A DNA stretch of 64,000 nt from an uncultured Deinococcaceae bacterium (GCA_964252075.1 CAXULY010000002.1:128001-192000); one strand, 5' to 3'; shown: positions 29,566-40,114, numbered from the stretch's first letter. Made by a program: numbers and translations. The notes: a model not told the origin generated them from the letters alone.

Positions 29566-29838
29566 ATGACCATCCGCATCCTGTGGGAGCACGGCGACCT
29601 CGCGAGTCAGGTGGAGGGGCAGATCGTGGCGAGCGACGTGCCGTGGGCCGAGGTGGGGCAGCGCGTCATCGTGGACGCCGCCGCGCCCTACCAGGACAAC
29701 GAGCACCACGCGGCGCACGAGGCGCGCGGTTACGTGCTGCGCTTCCCGAACCAGGGGAACACCCAGCACCACATTCAGGACCCCGTGCGGGCGCCCGGCG
29801 ACCCCGCGCACCTCGTCATCACCCTCACGGAGGACTGA
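29566..29838 (+). CDS. Hypothetical protein
   Basis: 90 aa, host-like codons, TAAGCT 5 nt before the ATG. Confidence 0.6.
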   Translation: MTIRILWEHGDLASQVEGQIVASDVPWAEVGQRVIVDAAAPYQDNEHHAAHEARGYVLRFPNQGNTQHHIQDPVRAPGDPAHLVITLTED

Positions 29839-29886
29839 GGCCCGGCGCTGAAGGGCAGGGGCACGTCCGCCGGTGCTGAGCCCGCC

Positions 29887-30825
29887 TCAGCCGGGTGGAC
29901 CCAGCGGCACGCCCAGGGCGCGCCCGTGCGCGGCGAGCGCGTCGCGGACGGAGGGGTGCCGGGCGAGGAGGGCGTGTGCGGCGTCCGCGTCGATGCCGCA
30001 CTGCACGGTCAGCATGGCGGCCTTGGCGTTCCAGTTGCAGGCGTGCAGCGCGGCCACCGCGTCCGCCTCGCTGACGGCCGTGGCGGCGATGACGAGCTGC
30101 ACGGCGCGCTGCCGCAGTTTGTCGTTCGTGACCTGCAGCTCCACCATCAGGTTCCGGTAGACCTTCCCCAGGCGGATCATCACGGTGGTGGACAGCGCGT
30201 TCAGCGCGATCTTCTGCGCGGTGCCGGCCTTCAGGCGGGTGTTCCCGGCGATCACCTCCGCGCCCGTCGCGAGCAGGATGGGGTGGTCCGCCTCCGTGAG
30301 CAGCGCGGAGTCCGGGTTGTTCGCGAGGGCGACGCTCATGGTGCCGCGCTGCCGCGCGGCGCGCACCGCGCCGACCGTGTAGGGCGTGCTGCCGGACGCG
30401 GCGGCCGCCAGCAGCACGTCGTGGGGAGTGGGGGCGTGCGCGAGCAGGTCCTGCGCGCCGCTCGCTTCGGCGTCCTCCGCCGCCTCGCGCTCCGCGAGGG
30501 TGGGGAGGCCCGCGCCCGCCAGCAGCGCGATGGTGCGGTCCATGGGGAAGGCGAAGGCGGGGAAGAGTTCGTACGCGTCGAGCTGCGCGAGGCGCCCGCT
30601 GGTGCCGGCGCCCGCGTAGAACAGGCGGCCCCCACGCACCAGTTGCTCCGCGATGGCGTGCGCGGCGCGCGCGAGGTCCGGCGCGGCGACCAGCACCGCC
30701 TGCACCGCGTGGTGCTGGTCAAGCGTCAGGGCGGTGATGATGTCCTGCGCGCTGCGCGTGTCGAGGTTCGCGTACTGCTCGTCGATGTGTTCGGTGGGGC
30801 GCCTCCGGGGCGGCGGGCCGCTCAT
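29887..30825 (-). CDS. murQ: N-acetylmuramic acid 6-phosphate etherase
   Basis: GAGTSGRL, ASGSTPY, TRLKAGTAQK and GKVYRNLMV..NDKL motifs. Confidence 0.92.
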   Translation of the reverse strand: MSGPPPRRRPTEHIDEQYANLDTRSAQDIITALTLDQHHAVQAVLVAAPDLARAAHAIAEQLVRGGRLFYAGAGTSGRLAQLDAYELFPAFAFPMDRTIALLAGAGLPTLAEREAAEDAEASGAQDLLAHAPTPHDVLLAAAASGSTPYTVGAVRAARQRGTMSVALANNPDSALLTEADHPILLATGAEVIAGNTRLKAGTAQKIALNALSTTVMIRLGKVYRNLMVELQVTNDKLRQRAVQLVIAATAVSEADAVAALHACNWNAKAAMLTVQCGIDADAAHALLARHPSVRDALAAHGRALGVPLGPPG

Positions 30826-30826
30826 G

Positions 30827-32365
30827 TCAGGCCGTCCCCCGCTGCGGCACCTGCAGCTCCACGGGGAGCCGCCCCTGGGCGGGCGCGCCCTTCAGCACGG
30901 CGCGGAGTGCCGCGAGGTTGCTGGGGCGAAAGCCGTAGGTGATGAGCGCGGGCCCCAGCACCCGCGCGGCGTGGTAGGGGTTCCACAGCGCGGCGAACAG
31001 GTGCGGCGCGCCGAGCGCGAAGGCGGCGTCCATGAGCGCGCGCTCGGCGGGCGCGAGGTCCCAGCGGCCCGTGCTGGCGAACAGCACGAAGTCCGGCTGG
31101 CTGGCGCGCACGGCGTCCAGGGCCTCCAGGGGCGCGTCCGGGGGGTACAGCACGGCGTTCAGGTGCGGGTAATCCTCGCGCAGCAGCGCGGCGAGCGTCT
31201 CGCCGGGCAGGTGGTCCTCGTAGGGGCCGCCCACCGCGGCGGACTGCGGGGCGACCAGCAGCACCCGCTGGTCCGCGCGGGGCCGCGTGAGGGACCCGAC
31301 CGCCGTGACGGCGCGCAGGGCGGCCTCCCGGACGGTCCGTTCGTCCGCCGCCTGCGCGCCCGCCGGGTAGGGGCGGGGCGTGCCGGGGAAGCGGGCGGCG
31401 GCGCGCGTGAGGCGCGCGCGGGCCTCCTGCACCCGCGCGGGCGTGAGCCGACCATCCGCGAGGGCACGCTGGACGGCCTGCACCTGCCGCGTCTGGGCGT
31501 CCAGGTCGCCGTGCGTGCAGGCGAGCACCGCGTCCGCGCCCGCGATGAGCGCGAGCGCGGCGCCCTCGCCGTTCGGGTGGCGCGCCGCGATGGCCTGCAT
31601 GTCGGTGGCGTCCGTGACGACCACGCCGTCGTACCCCCACGCGCCGCGCAGCAGGTCCGTGAGGATCGCCGGGGAGAGCGTCGCGGGGTGCACGGGGTCC
31701 AGCGCGGGGTACATGATGTGCGCGGTCATCATGGAGCCCACCCCGGCCCGCGCGGCGCGGCGGAAGGGCAGCCACTCGGTGGCCTCCAGCGCCGCGCGGT
31801 CCTTCCGCACCACGGGCAGGTCGAGGTGGCTGTCCACATCGGTGTCGCCGTGCCCGGGGAAGTGCTTCACGGACGCCAGCACCCCGGCGTCCTCGCTGCC
31901 CTGCGCCCACGCCACGCCGAGGCGCGCGACGAGGTCCGGGTCGCTGCCGAAGCTGCGCTCGCCGATCACCGGGTTGGCGGGGTTGTTGTTCACGTCGAGG
32001 ACCGGCGCGTAGTTCCAGTTGATGCCGTGCTGCAGCAGGCCGCGCGCGGTGATGGCGCCGAGTTCCCGGCTGAGCGTAGCATCATTCACGGCGCCGATCG
32101 CCATGGGCGCGGGGCTCTGCGGGGCGTCCAGCACGCGCAGCACCGCGCCGCCCTCCTGGTCGATGCCGATCAGGGCGTCCGCGCCGAGCACCGCGCGGAT
32201 GTCCCGCACGAGGCGCTGGAGTTGCGGGCGGTCAACGACGTTGCGGCGGAACAGGCAGATGCCGCCGAAGCCGTGGCGTTCGAGGTGCGCGCGCCACACG
32301 CCGTCGAGTTCGGGGCCGGGCAGGTCGGCGATCAGGCAGCGGTTCACGTCGGGTGAGGCGTTCAT
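30827..32365 (-). CDS. nagZ: GH3 beta-N-acetylhexosaminidase
   Basis: IDQEGG and KHFPGHGDTDVDSH NagZ signature; AGGAGG RBS. Confidence 0.9.
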   Translation of the reverse strand: MNASPDVNRCLIADLPGPELDGVWRAHLERHGFGGICLFRRNVVDRPQLQRLVRDIRAVLGADALIGIDQEGGAVLRVLDAPQSPAPMAIGAVNDATLSRELGAITARGLLQHGINWNYAPVLDVNNNPANPVIGERSFGSDPDLVARLGVAWAQGSEDAGVLASVKHFPGHGDTDVDSHLDLPVVRKDRAALEATEWLPFRRAARAGVGSMMTAHIMYPALDPVHPATLSPAILTDLLRGAWGYDGVVVTDATDMQAIAARHPNGEGAALALIAGADAVLACTHGDLDAQTRQVQAVQRALADGRLTPARVQEARARLTRAAARFPGTPRPYPAGAQAADERTVREAALRAVTAVGSLTRPRADQRVLLVAPQSAAVGGPYEDHLPGETLAALLREDYPHLNAVLYPPDAPLEALDAVRASQPDFVLFASTGRWDLAPAERALMDAAFALGAPHLFAALWNPYHAARVLGPALITYGFRPSNLAALRAVLKGAPAQGRLPVELQVPQRGTA

Positions 32366-32489
32366 CGTTCCCTCCTGAGCGGCGGGTGGGGGGTGCGGGC
32401 GGGCGGCACGGCGCGGCGCAGGCGCGTCCGCTCACGCTGACGCGCCTGTGCGTTCGGTCCGGCGCGCCCGCGCGGCGGGCGGGGCGGGG

Positions 32490-33383
32490 TCACTTGACGG
32501 CGCCCTCCAGGGCCCGCATGAAGTACCGCTGCGCGAACAGGAAGATCGCGAGGATGGGCAGCATCATGAAGAGGTTCCCGGCGGCGATGTTGAAGGGGTC
32601 GTAGTTGAACTGCCCCTTGAGTTTCAGGACCGCCACGCTGAGCGGCGCGAGGTCCGGGTTGCCGCTCAGGATGATGTACGGCCAGAAGTAGCTGTTCCAG
32701 CTCGTGACGAGCGTGAACACCGCGAGCGTCGCGATGGAGGGCCGGGCGAGCGGCACCATGATGTGCCACAGCGTCTGCAGTTCCGTCGCGCCGTCCAGGC
32801 GGCCCGCCTCCAGCAGGCTCTCGGGGATGGTGAGGAAGGCCTGGCGCATCAGGAAGATGCCGAAGGCGCCCGCGACGGTGGGGAGCACGACGCCCGCGTA
32901 AGTGCCCACGAGGTGCATCTTGTTCAGCGTCAGGACGTTCACGATGAAGGACGTCTCGGTGGGCAGCACCAGCGTCGCGATGATCAGGCCGAACAGAATG
33001 TTCTTGAGGGGGAAGTTGAAGCGCGCGAAGGGGTACGCGGCCATCACGGACACGATGACCGTGCCGATCACCGTGAGTCCGCTGATGATGACGCTGTTCA
33101 GCAGGTACTTCCCGAGGGAGAACTGCTGGAACACCTGCACGAAGTTGTTGAGGGTGAGGTGGCGCGGGAAGAGGCTGCCGGGGAAGTCGTAGATGCCGGT
33201 GCCGGTGAGGGCGGTCTTGTCCGTCACGGCGATCGCGAGGTTCCACAGGAGCGGGAACACCGCGAAGATCAGGATGACCGTGAGGAGCGCGTAGCGCACC
33301 GCGACGCGCACGGCCTTGCGGGTGCGGGTGGCGCTGCGGACGGTGCGGAGCCTGGGCGCGCGGGCGCGGGTCGTGACGTTCAC
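32490..33383 (-). CDS. Carbohydrate ABC transporter permease (MalG-like)
   Basis: EAA-like loop EAGRLDGA; WNSYFWP motif. Confidence 0.93.
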   Translation of the reverse strand: MNVTTRARAPRLRTVRSATRTRKAVRVAVRYALLTVILIFAVFPLLWNLAIAVTDKTALTGTGIYDFPGSLFPRHLTLNNFVQVFQQFSLGKYLLNSVIISGLTVIGTVIVSVMAAYPFARFNFPLKNILFGLIIATLVLPTETSFIVNVLTLNKMHLVGTYAGVVLPTVAGAFGIFLMRQAFLTIPESLLEAGRLDGATELQTLWHIMVPLARPSIATLAVFTLVTSWNSYFWPYIILSGNPDLAPLSVAVLKLKGQFNYDPFNIAAGNLFMMLPILAIFLFAQRYFMRALEGAVK

Positions 33384-34276
33384 GAGGTGCGCTCACTGCC
33401 GAAGAAGCGGAAGTTCAGGATGGAGAGCAGTAGGGCCACCAGCGCGATCACGAGTCCGGCGGCGGACGCCACGCCGTAATCGAAGTTGAAGCCGAAGGAC
33501 TTGTTGTACACGTAGAAGAGGCCCGTGAAGGTGCTGTTGAGCGGCCCGCCATTCGTGAAGACCAGTGGTTCGTCCAGCACGCGCACGGCGGCGATGGTGG
33601 ACAGGATGGTGCACAGCAAGATGGTGGGGCGCATCATGGGGATGGTGATGCGCCAGAAGATCTGCCAGGGCGTCGCGCCGTCCAGGCGCGCGGCCTCGTC
33701 GAGTTCCTCGGGGATGGTCTGGAGGCCCGCGAGGTACAGCACCATGTAGTACCCGAAGCCGCGCCAGAAGGTGACGAGCATGATGGCGTAGAAGGCCGTG
33801 GCGGGGTTGTCCAGCCACCCGAAGGTGTGGTTGGGCTGCATGAGGTGCAGGCGCACGAGCACCCAGTTCAGGATGCCGTCCGCGTTGAAGATCCAGTTCC
33901 ACATGAGGGCCGCGGCGGAGATGGCGATCACGACGGGCACGTAGTACGCCGCGCGGAAGAAGCTGATGCCGGGCAGCGAGGCGTTCACGAGGACCGCCGC
34001 GACGAGCGCCCCCACCTGCAGGATCGGCACGACGATCAGGTACTTCAGGGAGTTCTGCATGGCCGTCCAGAACAGCGGATCGGCGAAGATCGTACGGAAG
34101 TTCTCCAGGCCGACGAAGCGCGGCGGGAGGCCCTGGCCGAAGCGCGCGCCCGTGAATTCTGTGAAGGCGAGGAACGCGCCGTACCCGAGCGGGTAGAAGG
34201 TGAAGACGGCCAGCAGCACCAGCGCTGGCGCGAGGAAAGCGTAGGAAACCAGGGTTTCCCGCAGCGTCAGTCTCAT
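33380..34276 (-). CDS. Carbohydrate ABC transporter permease (MalF-like)
   Basis: FVGLENF and EAARLDGA motifs. Confidence 0.93.
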   Translation of the reverse strand: MRLTLRETLVSYAFLAPALVLLAVFTFYPLGYGAFLAFTEFTGARFGQGLPPRFVGLENFRTIFADPLFWTAMQNSLKYLIVVPILQVGALVAAVLVNASLPGISFFRAAYYVPVVIAISAAALMWNWIFNADGILNWVLVRLHLMQPNHTFGWLDNPATAFYAIMLVTFWRGFGYYMVLYLAGLQTIPEELDEAARLDGATPWQIFWRITIPMMRPTILLCTILSTIAAVRVLDEPLVFTNGGPLNSTFTGLFYVYNKSFGFNFDYGVASAAGLVIALVALLLSILNFRFFGSERTS

Positions 34277-34294
34277 GCAGGCCTCCCGGTGAGG

Positions 34295-34328
34295 TGGGGG
34301 CGGTGACCGCGCGCGGTCACCGCCCCCC
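34295..34328. promoter_or_regulatory. Perfect 34-bp intercistronic palindrome
   Basis: TGGGGGCGGTGACCGCG|CGCGGTCACCGCCCCCA between the SBP and permease genes. Confidence 0.6.
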
Positions 34329-34334
34329 AGTCAG

Positions 34335-35588
34335 TTACTTGGCGTTGCTGTTCCAGAAGGTGACGGCGTCGTTCAGGGCCTGCTGCGCGGTCTTCTGGCC
34401 GAGGACGGCGGCCTCGATGTTGTCGTTAAAGTTCTTGTACAGGTCATCGGCGTTCTTCGGGACGGAGTACCCGGGGTTGATGTGGTCGCCGTTCGCGCCG
34501 GTGAGCGCCGTGGCCTTCGCGACGGGGTCCTTGCTGGTCGTGCGGAACAGCGCGTTCGTCTTCGCGGCGCGCGTGGTGGGCACGATCGGCACGACCTTCG
34601 CGAACGCCACCTGGTTGGCGTTGTTCGTGACGAAACTCGCGAACTTCGCGGCTTCCTGCGGGGTCTTGCAGGCGTTGGAGAGCACGAGGTCCATGCCGCC
34701 GCCCGTCTCGACGCGCGCCGCACCGAGCGGCGCGGCCGCCACCTGCAGGGAGTTGTACAGGCTGGGGTTGTTGTCCTTGATGCGGGTGAGGGCCTGCGGG
34801 CCACCGATGATGTACGCGAGTTTGCCCTGCGCGAAGAGTTCCGTGGCGATCTGGAAGGCCTCGCGGCGGATGGCGTCCTGCGGGGAGTACCCGCCCTTGT
34901 AGTAATCCACGTACTGCTGCAGGAGCTTGGCGTGCGCGGCGGAATTGAAGTTCGCCTTGCCGTCCGCGCCCGTCACGGACAGGCCCTCCTGGTAGAAGGT
35001 CCCGAGGAACGACGCGGTGTTCGGGTCCTTGTACGCGGGGACGTACCCGTACGCGCCGGTCTTGTCCTTGATGGTCTTCGAGAACGAGATCAGTTCGTTG
35101 AAGTCGCGCGGGATGCGCGTGATGCCGGCCTTCTGCGTGAGGGCGGGGTTCACGATCAGCACGCCCTGGTTCAGCCAGCCGTACCACGGGAAGCCGTAGG
35201 GCTTGCCGTTCACGCTGAAGTTCTTGATGGTGTTCGGGTAGTACTGGTCGAGGACCGCTTTGCTCGCGACGGTGTCGAGGGGACGCAGGTAGCCGTTCTG
35301 CGCGGCCTTGCTGGTCTCGTCGATGTTCATGTTCACGACGCACGGGGCGTTCCCGAGGTTCACGGCCGCGATGAAGTCCTGCGCCATGGAGTCCTGCTTG
35401 TCGAACCAGCGGACCGTGATGTTCGGGTTCTGCTTCTCGAAGGCCGCAATGGTGGACTTCATGTAGTCGTCGAACTTCGGGCTGATGTACCACGACCAGA
35501 AGGTCACCTCGACGGGCTTCTGCTGCGCGAATGCCACGCCGGTGCCGAGCATGCCGAGGGCCAGGGTGAGCTTCATCAGGTGCTTCAT
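34335..35588 (-). CDS. Sugar ABC transporter substrate-binding protein
   Basis: Signal peptide; VTFWSW...FEKQNPNITV; SBP family 1 pattern. Confidence 0.92.
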   Translation of the reverse strand: MKHLMKLTLALGMLGTGVAFAQQKPVEVTFWSWYISPKFDDYMKSTIAAFEKQNPNITVRWFDKQDSMAQDFIAAVNLGNAPCVVNMNIDETSKAAQNGYLRPLDTVASKAVLDQYYPNTIKNFSVNGKPYGFPWYGWLNQGVLIVNPALTQKAGITRIPRDFNELISFSKTIKDKTGAYGYVPAYKDPNTASFLGTFYQEGLSVTGADGKANFNSAAHAKLLQQYVDYYKGGYSPQDAIRREAFQIATELFAQGKLAYIIGGPQALTRIKDNNPSLYNSLQVAAAPLGAARVETGGGMDLVLSNACKTPQEAAKFASFVTNNANQVAFAKVVPIVPTTRAAKTNALFRTTSKDPVAKATALTGANGDHINPGYSVPKNADDLYKNFNDNIEAAVLGQKTAQQALNDAVTFWNSNAK

Positions 35589-35603
35589 AACTTCCTCCGT
35601 GCT

Positions 35604-36464
35604 TCAGTACTTCTTTTCCACGACCGATTCAGCGGTCTTGCGGATGGATTGAGCGGCCTGCGGGAGGGCGTGCGCGAGCGTGATGTACAGCACTTCCGCC
35701 ACCAGGATCTGGCTGCTGAGGCTGGAGAGCGCGCCGCCCGCCATAGGCCCTTCGGGGCTCGCGTGGTAGAGCACCTCGCGGGCGTACTGCGTGACGGGTG
35801 AACTGGCGCGGTTCGTGATGGCGACCGTGAAGACGCCGTTCTCGTGGGCGATCTTGAGGTTCTGGATGGTGTCGATGGTGCTGCCCGAGCGCGTGATGCC
35901 GATCATGACGCCGCCGGGCGGCAGGGTCGCGGCGGACACGGCCGCGATGTGCGGGTCGGCGTGCGCGATGGCGCCGAAACCGAGGCGCGTGAGTTTGTGC
36001 GCGAGGAACTGCGCGGCGAAGCTGCTGTTGCCCTGCCCGGTGATGTCCACGCGGGGCGCGCGCATGAGGGCGTGCGCGACGCGTTCGACGGTCTCGGTGT
36101 TCACGATGCGCCGCGTTTCCTCGATGGCGGCGGTGGCCTGCCGGGCGGCCTGCGTGGCGAAGTCGTCCACGCCGTCGCCGGTGTCGATGTCGCTGCTGGC
36201 GCTGTTGGCGATGTCGGTGGCCAGCGCGATCTTGAAGGCGTGGAAGCCGGAGTACTGGAGTTTGTGGCACAGCCGCGTGACGCTGGCTTCGCCGACGCCC
36301 ACGCTGTCCGCGAGTTCGGTGATGGTCTGGTAGATGACCTTGTCGCTGTGCTGGAGGATGTACTGGGTGACGCGTTTGAGGCTGGGGGTCAGGAAGTCCT
36401 GGCTGGCGCGCAGGCGTCCGACGGCGCCGTTCGGCAGGCTGGTTTCCGTTGCGGATTGGTACAC
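35604..36464 (-). CDS. RpiR/MurR family transcriptional regulator
   Basis: HTH ITELADSVGVGEASVTRLC..GFHAFK plus SIS domain (GQGNS, TRSGST). Confidence 0.93.
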   Translation of the reverse strand: MYQSATETSLPNGAVGRLRASQDFLTPSLKRVTQYILQHSDKVIYQTITELADSVGVGEASVTRLCHKLQYSGFHAFKIALATDIANSASSDIDTGDGVDDFATQAARQATAAIEETRRIVNTETVERVAHALMRAPRVDITGQGNSSFAAQFLAHKLTRLGFGAIAHADPHIAAVSAATLPPGGVMIGITRSGSTIDTIQNLKIAHENGVFTVAITNRASSPVTQYAREVLYHASPEGPMAGGALSSLSSQILVAEVLYITLAHALPQAAQSIRKTAESVVEKKY

Positions 36465-36540
36465 GGTGTGACCTCATGGGCAACAGGGAGCCATGAACAG
36501 GGTGTGCTGTCCGCCGGTGTTGACCTGGTTGCGTGGCCCA

Positions 36541-36570
36541 AGCATAGGGACGGAGGGTAATTTTTGTCAA
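36541..36570 (-). promoter_or_regulatory. Sigma70 promoter for the RpiR-ABC-nagZ-murQ operon
   Basis: Minus strand TTGACA-18 nt-TATGCT. Confidence 0.65.
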
Positions 36571-36780
36571 CATTTGATCAAGCGGGTATTATTTTCAGAA
36601 CACGCCAGGAGGACCTCACGCTGGGTCCGTTTGTGATGACCGAGCTTCTGAGGGCGTTCGGAGGTAGAACGCCTCCATAGAGTGGCGGAGACCTCGAAGG
36701 CCAGGAAGGTTCAGACCTCCATAGAAACACCGATCGGATGACGCGCCCACCGGTAATCGTCTTCAGGCCCTGACGGCTGG

Positions 36781-36809
36781 TTGACAATAAATTTCACGAA
36801 TGTTAGGCT
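36781..36809 (+). promoter_or_regulatory. Sigma70 promoter for the divergent ABC operon
   Basis: TTGACA-17 nt-TAGGCT with extended -10 TG; overlaps TGACAATAAATTTCA. Confidence 0.7.
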
Positions 36810-37001
36810 GGCGCAACCGAATTCTCATTCATCGTGAATCGCTGTTCAAGTCCTGGGCCCAGCGCCCACAGCACACGTACCGACGCCCGGCCCTCTCCCC
36901 TCCTGAACCCGGCCCACACCACCCGCCGCGGGCCCCAGGCCCCCAGCAACCCCGCGCGCCGCAGCACCACACCTGTGGCGACGCACGAAAGGACAGGGAG
37001 C

Positions 37002-38270
37002 ATGAAACTGACACGCTGGACGGCAGGCATGTGCATGATCGCGGCCCTCGCACTCGGACAGGCGCACGCGCAGAAGACGCAGCTCACCATCGAGAGCTGG
37101 CGCAACGACGACCTCAAGATCTGGCGGGACAGCATCATCCCCGCCTTCGAGAAGCAGCACCCGGACATCCACGTGGTGTTCTCCCCCACCGCCCCCACCG
37201 AGTACAACGCGGTCGTGGAGGCCAAGCTGAAGGGCGGAACGGCGGGCGACATCATCGCGTGCCGCCCCTTCGACGCGAGCCTCGCGCTGTACAAGAACAA
37301 GTACCTCACGTCCCTGAACGGCCTGCCGGGCCTCAAGAACTTCAGCACCGTCGCGAAAGTCGCGTGGAGCACCGACGACGGCAAGACCACCTTCTGCGTC
37401 CCGACCGCCGCCGTCATTCACGGCTTCCTGTACAACAAGGACGTCTTCAAGGAACTCGGCCTGACCGTCCCCAAGACCGAGAAGGACTTCCTGGCGGTGC
37501 TCGACAAGATCAAGGCCAGCCAGAAGTACTCGCCGCTCGTGATGGGCACCAAGGACCAGTGGGAGTCCGCCACCATGGGCTACCAGAACATCGGGCCGAC
37601 CCTCTGGCAGGGCGAGAAGGGCCGCGTGGGGCTCGTTAAGGGCACCGCGCAGTACAACAAGGGCGGCTTCCTGCAGGCCTTCCAGGCCCTCGCGAAGTGG
37701 TCCCCGTACCTCCCGGACGGCTACCAGGCGCTCGCGTACCCGGACGCGCAGAACCTCTTCGCGCAGGGCCGCGGCGCGATCTACCCGGCGGGCTCGTGGG
37801 ACATCGCGACCTTCCGCGGCATGAACGCCAAGCTGAACCTCGGGGCCTTCCCGCCGTACACCTTCGCGTCCGCGCAGAAGTGCGTCATTGACGACCACCC
37901 GGACATCGGCTTCGGCCTGAACGCCGCCAGCAAGCACCAGGCGGCCGCCCGCACCTTCCTCGACTGGATGGCGGGACCGGACTTCGCCAAGCTGTATGCG
38001 AACGCCCTGCCGGGCTTCTACCCGCTCGCGAACGTGTCGTACAAGGTCAATGACCCCATCGCGCAGCAGTTCCTCGACTGGCGCAAGACCTGCAGCAAGT
38101 CCTTCCGGTCGTCGTACCAGATGCTGTCCCGCAACGCCAACCCGAACAACGAGAACGACCTGTGGAACGCCTCCTCGCAGCTCCTGAACGGCAAGATGAC
38201 GCCGCAGCAGGCCGCGGATTTCGTGCAGAAGAACCTCGCGTCCTGGTACGCGCCGCAGAAAGGCAAGTGA
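37002..38270 (+). CDS. Sugar ABC transporter substrate-binding protein
   Basis: Signal peptide ending AHA; SBP family 1 pattern; AGGGAG RBS. Confidence 0.92.
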   Translation: MKLTRWTAGMCMIAALALGQAHAQKTQLTIESWRNDDLKIWRDSIIPAFEKQHPDIHVVFSPTAPTEYNAVVEAKLKGGTAGDIIACRPFDASLALYKNKYLTSLNGLPGLKNFSTVAKVAWSTDDGKTTFCVPTAAVIHGFLYNKDVFKELGLTVPKTEKDFLAVLDKIKASQKYSPLVMGTKDQWESATMGYQNIGPTLWQGEKGRVGLVKGTAQYNKGGFLQAFQALAKWSPYLPDGYQALAYPDAQNLFAQGRGAIYPAGSWDIATFRGMNAKLNLGAFPPYTFASAQKCVIDDHPDIGFGLNAASKHQAAARTFLDWMAGPDFAKLYANALPGFYPLANVSYKVNDPIAQQFLDWRKTCSKSFRSSYQMLSRNANPNNENDLWNASSQLLNGKMTPQQAADFVQKNLASWYAPQKGK

Positions 38271-38308
38271 GCGTGCGGGGGGGCGTGGCCCCTCCGCGCG
38301 CCCCGCGC

Positions 38309-39217
38309 ATGACGAAGCGTTTCCCCACGCACATCGTGGTGTTCCTGGCGCCCGCGGTGGCCATCTACACGCTGTTCATGATTTACCCGCTGTTCAGTTC
38401 GCTGTGGATGTCCCTGAACGCCGCCACGCCGTCCGGCGGAAGTGCGTTCGTGGGCCTCGCGAACTACGCGCGGCTCTTCAGCGCGCCGGAGTTCTCCGGC
38501 GCGCTGTGGAACGCCCTGAAGAACAACGTCATCTTCTTCGTGATCCACATGATCGCGCAGAACCCCATCGGCCTGCTGCTCGCGGCACTCCTGGCGCGCA
38601 AGCTGGCGGGCACGCCCGTGTACCGCGCGATCATCTTCACGCCCACCATCCTGTCCGTGGTGATCATCGGCTTCGCGTGGAAGCTCATCCTGAACCCCGC
38701 CTGGGGCATCGCGCCGGACCTGCTGCGCGCCGTGCACCTGGGCGGGCTGTACCACCCGTGGCTGGGCCTGGAGGGCACGTCCCTCGTGACGCTCGCGCTG
38801 ATCTCGGTGTGGCAGAACATCGGGATTCCCATGATGCTGTTCACGGCGGCGCTGCTGCGCATCCCCACCGAGCTGTTCGAGGCGGCCCGCGCGGACGGCG
38901 CGAGCGCTTGGACGATCTTCTGGCGCATTCAGTTCCCACTGATCCTCCCCACCGTGGGTATCGTGTCCGTGCTGACCTTCGTGGGAAACTTCAACGCCTT
39001 CGACCTCATTTACGCCACGCAGGGCGCGCTCGCCGGGCCGAACTTCGCGAGTGACATCATGGGGACGTTCTTCTACCGCACCTTCTTCGGGTACCAGCTG
39101 CAGCCCGGCGATCCCTTCATGGGGTCCGCCGTGGCGGGCGTCATGCTGCTGGTGATCCTGCTGGGCGTGCTGCTGTTCGCCCTATGGCAGCGGCGCGTCG
39201 AGGAGCTGCAGTACTGA
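38309..39217 (+). CDS. Carbohydrate ABC transporter permease
   Basis: FVGLANY and EAARADGA motifs; alternative GTG start at 38267. Confidence 0.92.
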   Translation: MTKRFPTHIVVFLAPAVAIYTLFMIYPLFSSLWMSLNAATPSGGSAFVGLANYARLFSAPEFSGALWNALKNNVIFFVIHMIAQNPIGLLLAALLARKLAGTPVYRAIIFTPTILSVVIIGFAWKLILNPAWGIAPDLLRAVHLGGLYHPWLGLEGTSLVTLALISVWQNIGIPMMLFTAALLRIPTELFEAARADGASAWTIFWRIQFPLILPTVGIVSVLTFVGNFNAFDLIYATQGALAGPNFASDIMGTFFYRTFFGYQLQPGDPFMGSAVAGVMLLVILLGVLLFALWQRRVEELQY

Positions 39218-39234
39218 TGAGGGAGGAGCCACGC

Positions 39235-40107
39235 ATGCACCACAGCCCCACCGCTCCGGTCGTGCGTTCGCGCGCCGGAGCGCGCCGTCCATGGGCGGCG
39301 CTGCTCGCCAGCCACCTGTTCCTGATCCTGTACTGCGCGCTGGCGCTGTTCCCCATCGTGCTGATGATCCTGAACTCCTTCAAGTCGCAGCTCGCGATTT
39401 TCGGCGCGCCGTTCGCGCTGCCGAACGCGGAGTCCTTCTCACTTGAGGGCTACCGCACGCTGATGGAGGGCGCGAACTTCGGGCGGTACGCGCTGAACAG
39501 CGTGACCGTCACGGTCGCGTCCCTCGCCCTGATCCTCGTGACGGGTTCCATGGCGGCCTTCGCGCTCTCCGAGTACCGGTTCCGCCTGAACACCTTCCTG
39601 AGCCTGTACCTGTCTCTGGGCATCATGGTGCCCATCCGCCTGGGCACCGTGGGCATCCTGAGCCTCGCGGTGCACCTGCACCTCGTGAACACCCTGTGGG
39701 CGCTGATCTTCGTGTACACCGCGCAGGGCCTGCCGCTCGCGGTGTTCGTGCTGACGTCCTTCATGCGGCAGCTGCCGCGCGACCTGAAGGAAGCGGCGCG
39801 GCTGGACGGCGCGAGCGAGTACCGCATTTACGGCCTCACGCTGCCGCTCATCCGGCCCGCCATCGGGGCGGTCATGGCGATCTCCCTGATTCCCGTGTGG
39901 AACGACCTGTGGTTCCCGCTGATCCTCGCGCCGGGCGAGCAGACGAAAACCATCGTGCTGGGCGCGAGCGTGTTCTTGGGGCAGTACGTGAACGACTACA
40001 CGGCGGTCCTCGCGGCGCTCACGCTCGCGATTCTGCCCGCGGTGGTGCTGTACGCGCTGTTCTCCCGGCAGCTGATCAGCGGCCTGACGGAAGGCGCGAT
40101 CAAGTGA
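39235..40107 (+). CDS. Carbohydrate ABC transporter permease
   Basis: EAARLDGA and WNDLWFP motifs; GGAGG RBS. Confidence 0.92.
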   Translation: MHHSPTAPVVRSRAGARRPWAALLASHLFLILYCALALFPIVLMILNSFKSQLAIFGAPFALPNAESFSLEGYRTLMEGANFGRYALNSVTVTVASLALILVTGSMAAFALSEYRFRLNTFLSLYLSLGIMVPIRLGTVGILSLAVHLHLVNTLWALIFVYTAQGLPLAVFVLTSFMRQLPRDLKEAARLDGASEYRIYGLTLPLIRPAIGAVMAISLIPVWNDLWFPLILAPGEQTKTIVLGASVFLGQYVNDYTAVLAALTLAILPAVVLYALFSRQLISGLTEGAIK

Positions 40108-40114
40108 GGGGCCC

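Noticed and set aside
36671..36726. Direct repeat CCTCCATAGA twice in the RpiR intergenic region
   Set aside because: Only two 10-bp copies, not placed at the promoters; could be chance.
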